A stretch of 10,646 nucleotides of DNA. Source: a bacterium (lineage in GTDB: Bacteria; Zhuqueibacterota; Zhuqueibacteria; Oceanimicrobiales; Oceanimicrobiaceae). The notes beneath the pieces were generated by a model. The model was given only the letters and a program-made list of their open reading frames with translations, did not search any database and was not told the DNA's origin. The translations under genes and the position numbers were made by a program. The first letter of the stretch is position 1; the number at the start of each line of letters is the position of its first letter. The stretch is from the NCBI GenBank assembly GCA_046757025.1, contig JBHHXN010000180.1, forward strand, positions 1 to 10,646. Reading direction: 5' to 3'. Shown one piece after another: positions 7,152 through 10,646 of this stretch.

Positions 7152-7321
7152 GAGATGAGATTGGTCTTACATGGCTTTTGCTGAACAACCAACGCATCAA
7201 ATGCCCATTCAGCATGCTGTCGGGGGCAGGAAACCGGATTCGGGCAAACCGCTTTTTGGACCAACGAACAAGCGTTCCAGGGGATGACCAGACCGCACCA
7301 GGATGGGGGGTGGCTGCCGCC

Positions 7322-9973
7322 TCAAAGTTTGGTCTTTTTTAATCGCAGCGAATTGGACACCACGTTGATGGAGCTGGCGGCCATGGCCGCTTCTGCCAGC
7401 GCCGGGTGCAGCAGCCCGAGCATGGCCACAGGAATCATAACCACGTTGTAAAAAAACGCCCAGAAGAGATTTTGTTTGATCTTGCGAAACGTGGCATAAG
7501 ACAGTCGCAATGCTTTGACGATGCTGCTTAAATCGCCCCGTACCAGTGTGATATCGGATGATTCGATGGCAATGTCGGTGCCGGTGCCGATGGCCATGCC
7601 GACATCGGCTTGCGTCAGGGCCGGTGCATCGTTGATGCCGTCGCCAACCATCAGCACCTTGCGTCCCTGCTGGTGCAATCGTTTGATTTGTTCGGACTTG
7701 TCTTCCGGGAGCACCTCTGCAATCACCTCATCGATTCCCACTTCCTGTGCCACCGCGTGAGCGGTTCTGGCATTATCGCCGGTGATCATGACCGTCTTTA
7801 ATCCCATGGCTTTTAATTTGGCGATGGCGGCCGCGGAATCGTTTTTAAGCGTATCGGCGATGGCCATGCCGCCTAACAGCACGCCCTCTTGGACTGCCAG
7901 AATGACCGTTTTCCCCTGGGATTCGAAGCGGTCAATTTCTTTTTGCAGGGAGGCGGTTTGAATTTTGTTTTTTTCCATCCATCGCAAATTACCTAGCAGC
8001 CATTCCGAGTTGGAAATGGTGCATTTTATCCCTTTACCCGGCACGGCTTCAAATCCTACCACTTCTAACCATTCGAGATTGGCGGTCTGTGCTTTTTTGA
8101 CCACGGCTTGCGCCAGAGGATGCTCGGAGAGCTTTTCAGCGCTGGCCGCACTTTGCAGCAGCTCCGGCTCGGAGATGGCGTTGGTGGTGAAGATGTCCGT
8201 GACTTCGGGCTGGCCGCGGGTGATAGTGCCGGTTTTATCCAGGACCACGGTGTCGATCTCCTGCATGACCTGGATGGCGGCGCCGTTTCGAATGAGAATG
8301 CCGTTCTGGGCGCCCATGCCGGAGGCCACCATCAACACCGTGGGGGTGGCCAGTCCCAGCGCACATGGGCAGGCGATGACCAGAACCGCCACGGCGGCAA
8401 AAATGGCCAGCGAAACCGCTCCCAGATCTGGCTGAATCCACGGAACAAATTGCGACGCCTGATAAGCAATCGCTGTAAAGGTCTCATTGAAAAACAACCA
8501 CCCTGCGAAGGTCAGTATGGCGAAGATCAGCACCACGGGCACAAAAATCGTCGTGACGCGATCGGCAAATTCCTGAATTGGCACCTTTGTGCCCTGACAT
8601 TCTTCAACCAGGCGAATGACCTGAGAGAGGAAGGTGTCCTTGCCCACACGCGTGGCTTTAACCTGCAACACACCCTGTTTGTTGATGGTGGCGCCGATGA
8701 CCTCATCGTCCACTTTTTTTTCCACTGGCAGCGATTCACCCGTTGCCAGGGATTCGTCCACCGAGCTGTGCCCTTTGACCACCACTCCGTCGGTGGGAAT
8801 TTTGTCGCCGGGCTTGATGATCATGATATCGCCGAGTTTCAGATTTTCTACAGCAATTTCGGTTTCACTGCCATTCACCAAAATGCGCGCGGTTTTGGCT
8901 TCCAGGGTCAACAGTTTTTGAATTGCTTGTGAAGTGCGGCCTTTGGCGCGAAATTCCAGATAGCGGCCCGTGATGTGAAAGCAGATAATCATGGCGGCGA
9001 TGGCGGCATAACTGGCTACGGGCACAAAAAAAGCCGCCACGCCGGTAAAAAACGCCGCCAGTGCGCCCAGAGAAATCAGCACGTCCATGTTGGTGCCGCC
9101 GTGGCGCAGCACGTTGAGAGAGCTTTTGTGGGTCTCTGCACCGATCCCAAAAACCACCGGTAGCGCCGCAATTAAAAAGATTTCATCCAGGTAAGGGATG
9201 TGCCACTTAAAAATCATGTGTAAAAGCATAAGCCCCATAATCGGTCCGGTGATACTCCAGGCGTAAATCATCATTTTGCGATAGCGGGCAACTCGGGCAT
9301 GCTGATCATCGATGAAGGATGATTTCTCTTCGGTTTGTTCATCCACTGCGTCGTATCCGGCTGCCCGTACGGCATTCACCAGATCTTCTGTGCTGGTCAA
9401 ATCGGGATCAAATTTCACCACAGCTTTTTCCGAGGCAAAGGTCACCACCGCGGTTCTGACTCCCTTGACTTTTTTTAGGAATTTTTCCACGGTGTTGGCG
9501 CAACCCGTACAGTGCATGCCCTGGATCTGCAGCACGGTTTTGAGCTCGTCCTGTTTAACGTCGTAACCGGCTTCCTGTACCGCCTTGATTAATTCTGCCT
9601 TCTTAACCGTTTGCGGATCAAATCGCACGTGGGCTTTTTCCGTTGTCAAATTCACGGTGGCTTCTGACACACCAACAGTTTTTTGCAATTTGCGCTCAAC
9701 CGTGTTCGCGCAGCCCGCGCAATGCATGCCGGTAATGGGAAGCGATATTTTTCGTAACTCACTTTTTGTAGAAATGTAAGCAGAGGGCTTGTTTGCCTCG
9801 GTTGAACAAGCTGTTTGTGAGCGAATTTCTCCATTTAAAAATGTTTCCGGGTTCGCTTCGAAAGCCGCCTTGCATCCTTCGGCACAAAAATAGTACTTTT
9901 CATTTTGATGTTCTATAATCCACTTAGTGGAAGATTCATCCACCTGCATACCGCAAACAGGGTCCGCTGCCAT
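7322..9973 (-). CDS. copA: Cu(I)/Ag(I)-translocating P1B-1 ATPase with N-terminal YHS and two HMA domains
   Basis: DPVCGM...YYFCAEGC (YHS), GMHCAGC and GMHCTGC (HMA), [28 protein letters not shown]7 YN and TM8 MxxSS. True start is ATG 9973 with RBS AAAGGAGA (9988-9981), giving 883 aa. The ORF-track extension to 10150 overlaps csoR. Confidence 0.96.
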   Translation of the reverse strand: MAADPVCGMQVDESSTKWIIEHQNEKYYFCAEGCKAAFEANPETFLNGEIRSQTACSTEANKPSAYISTKSELRKISLPITGMHCAGCANTVERKLQKTVGVSEATVNLTTEKAHVRFDPQTVKKAELIKAVQEAGYDVKQDELKTVLQIQGMHCTGCANTVEKFLKKVKGVRTAVVTFASEKAVVKFDPDLTSTEDLVNAVRAAGYDAVDEQTEEKSSFIDDQHARVARYRKMMIYAWSITGPIMGLMLLHMIFKWHIPYLDEIFLIAALPVVFGIGAETHKSSLNVLRHGGTNMDVLISLGALAAFFTGVAAFFVPVASYAAIAAMIICFHITGRYLEFRAKGRTSQAIQKLLTLEAKTARILVNGSETEIAVENLKLGDIMIIKPGDKIPTDGVVVKGHSSVDESLATGESLPVEKKVDDEVIGATINKQGVLQVKATRVGKDTFLSQVIRLVEECQGTKVPIQEFADRVTTIFVPVVLIFAILTFAGWLFFNETFTAIAYQASQFVPWIQPDLGAVSLAIFAAVAVLVIACPCALGLATPTVLMVASGMGAQNGILIRNGAAIQVMQEIDTVVLDKTGTITRGQPEVTDIFTTNAISEPELLQSAASAEKLSEHPLAQAVVKKAQTANLEWLEVVGFEAVPGKGIKCTISNSEWLLGNLRWMEKNKIQTASLQKEIDRFESQGKTVILAVQEGVLLGGMAIADTLKNDSAAAIAKLKAMGLKTVMITGDNARTAHAVAQEVGIDEVIAEVLPEDKSEQIKRLHQQGRKVLMVGDGINDAPALTQADVGMAIGTGTDIAIESSDITLVRGDLSSIVKALRLSYATFRKIKQNLFWAFFYNVVMIPVAMLGLLHPALAEAAMAASSINVVSNSLRLKKTKL

Positions 9974-10029
9974 TGAGTTTTCTCCTTTACTTTTTGTTCG
10001 TACCGCTGGAATTAAAGAGTCATGGTTTT

Positions 10030-10056
10030 TCTGGAAAATGCACGCACCCTTCCAGA
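10030..10056 (-). other. Intergenic stem-loop between csoR and copA
   Basis: mRNA UCUGGAAGGGUGCGUGCAUUUUCCAGA directly after the csoR stop; arms UCUGGAA/UUCCAGA can be extended by G-U pairs. No following U-tract, so not called a terminator. Confidence 0.5.
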
Positions 10057-10335
10057 TTAGGTCACGAATTTGTAAACCGTCTGCATGAGCTCCTCGATCT
10101 TTTGATTTTTTTTGGTTTCGTCTCCAAGCTCGATGCTTTCCACCAGACAACTTTCGATATGACGCTTCATGATCATCAGCGACACTTTTTCCAGTGCGTT
10201 GCGCACCGCGCTAAGCTGGTTGATGATGTCGATGCAATATTTTTCATGGGTAATCATGCGTTCGATGCCCTCGATCTGGCCTTTGATGAGTTTTAATCGG
10301 CGGCTGGAAGCCTGCTTGGTTTTTTCGTCGATCAT
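10057..10335 (-). CDS. csoR: CsoR/RcnR-family copper-sensing repressor
   Basis: [28 protein letters not shown] and HIESC give the C-H-C metal fingerprint. Start ATG 10335 with GAGG at 10350-10347; 92 aa; directly upstream of copA. Confidence 0.93.
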   Translation of the reverse strand: MIDEKTKQASSRRLKLIKGQIEGIERMITHEKYCIDIINQLSAVRNALEKVSLMIMKRHIESCLVESIELGDETKKNQKIEELMQTVYKFVT

Positions 10336-10431
10336 ATATTTTTTAACCTCGTTTATACCTAGCGCGGCGGAGCCGCAAATGTTTAAATGACTTGCTTTGT
10401 TGTGGTCCAAACCATGGTGCTATTATCAGCC

Positions 10432-10547
10432 GTCATTAAGCTTCGCTGTCATTGACAGAGGTGAATTATTGCTGCTGTCTAAAATGACGCCAAAGGCAAA
10501 TGACCTGATGACTTTATGACGGGTCGTGTCATTCACTTCGCGTCATT
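10432..10547. repeat. Cluster of three AATGAC-(mini-hairpin)-AATGAC units in alternating orientation
   Basis: 10432-10453 revcomp AATGAC-AGCGAAGCTT-AATGAC; 10483-10504 AATGAC-GCCAAAGGCA-AATGAC; 10528-10547 revcomp AATGAC-GCGAAGTG-AATGAC. Confidence 0.7.
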
Positions 10548-10646
10548 TAGCCATTTTCTTGTAAAAAAATGCAAAAGTTCAGAAGTAATACTATAACTCA
10601 AGTTTCGCACTTAGATAATTTAAACAAAAACAAATAAGGTCAAGCT

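Noticed and set aside
8108..8932. 274-aa plus-strand ORF and the other short ORFs inside copA
   Set aside because: Antisense or alternate-frame shadows of a GC-rich conserved gene.
9974..10150. 59-aa N-terminal extension of copA in the ORF track
   Set aside because: It overlaps csoR and the intergenic hairpin. A strong RBS precedes ATG 9973, where the YHS domain begins.
10352..10357. TATAAA as the -10 box for csoR
   Set aside because: It would place the transcription start at or past the RBS, and there is no -35 at the proper spacing.
10336..10410. N-terminal extension of csoR from TTG 10410
   Set aside because: It runs through the repeat hairpin. The RBS and family length support ATG 10335.
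10387..10550. CRISPR array interpretation of the repeat cluster
   Set aside because: Repeats are only 5-6 bp, occur in both orientations, have no 30-40 bp spacers, and no cas genes are present.
10617..10643. Minus-strand TTGACC...TAAATT promoter candidate
   Set aside because: The spacer is only 15 bp, in AT-rich sequence at the window edge.

Overview
Bacterial chromosomal window with a metal-resistance flavour. On the + strand it opens with the 3' part of an Acr3 arsenite efflux gene. All other genes are on the - strand, in transcription order: csoR-family repressor, YHS + 2xHMA Cu(I)-type P1B ATPase (copA), a phenol-MetA/CoxB-like outer-membrane barrel, an unknown 151-aa protein coupled to a tandem-retropepsin aspartyl protease lipoprotein, a DUF2062 protein, a DUF523-DUF1722 (RudS/YbgA-like) protein, mobA, an unannotated remnant of an NtrC-type regulator, and a patatin. 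The most notable non-coding signals are three. (1) A 221-bp MITE-like element at 644-864 with 22-bp terminal inverted repeats and a 9-bp target duplication, carrying a centred inverted pair of dRS3/REP-like hairpins. (2) A GNA-triloop hairpin abutting a lone CsoR-operator-like half-site, followed by an AATGAC-hairpin-AATGAC repeat cluster upstream of csoR. (3) An internally deleted sigma54 response-regulator pseudogene that the ORF track misses. Family assignments come from motif recognition only; no searches were run, and no complete novel system can be demonstrated from the sequence alone.
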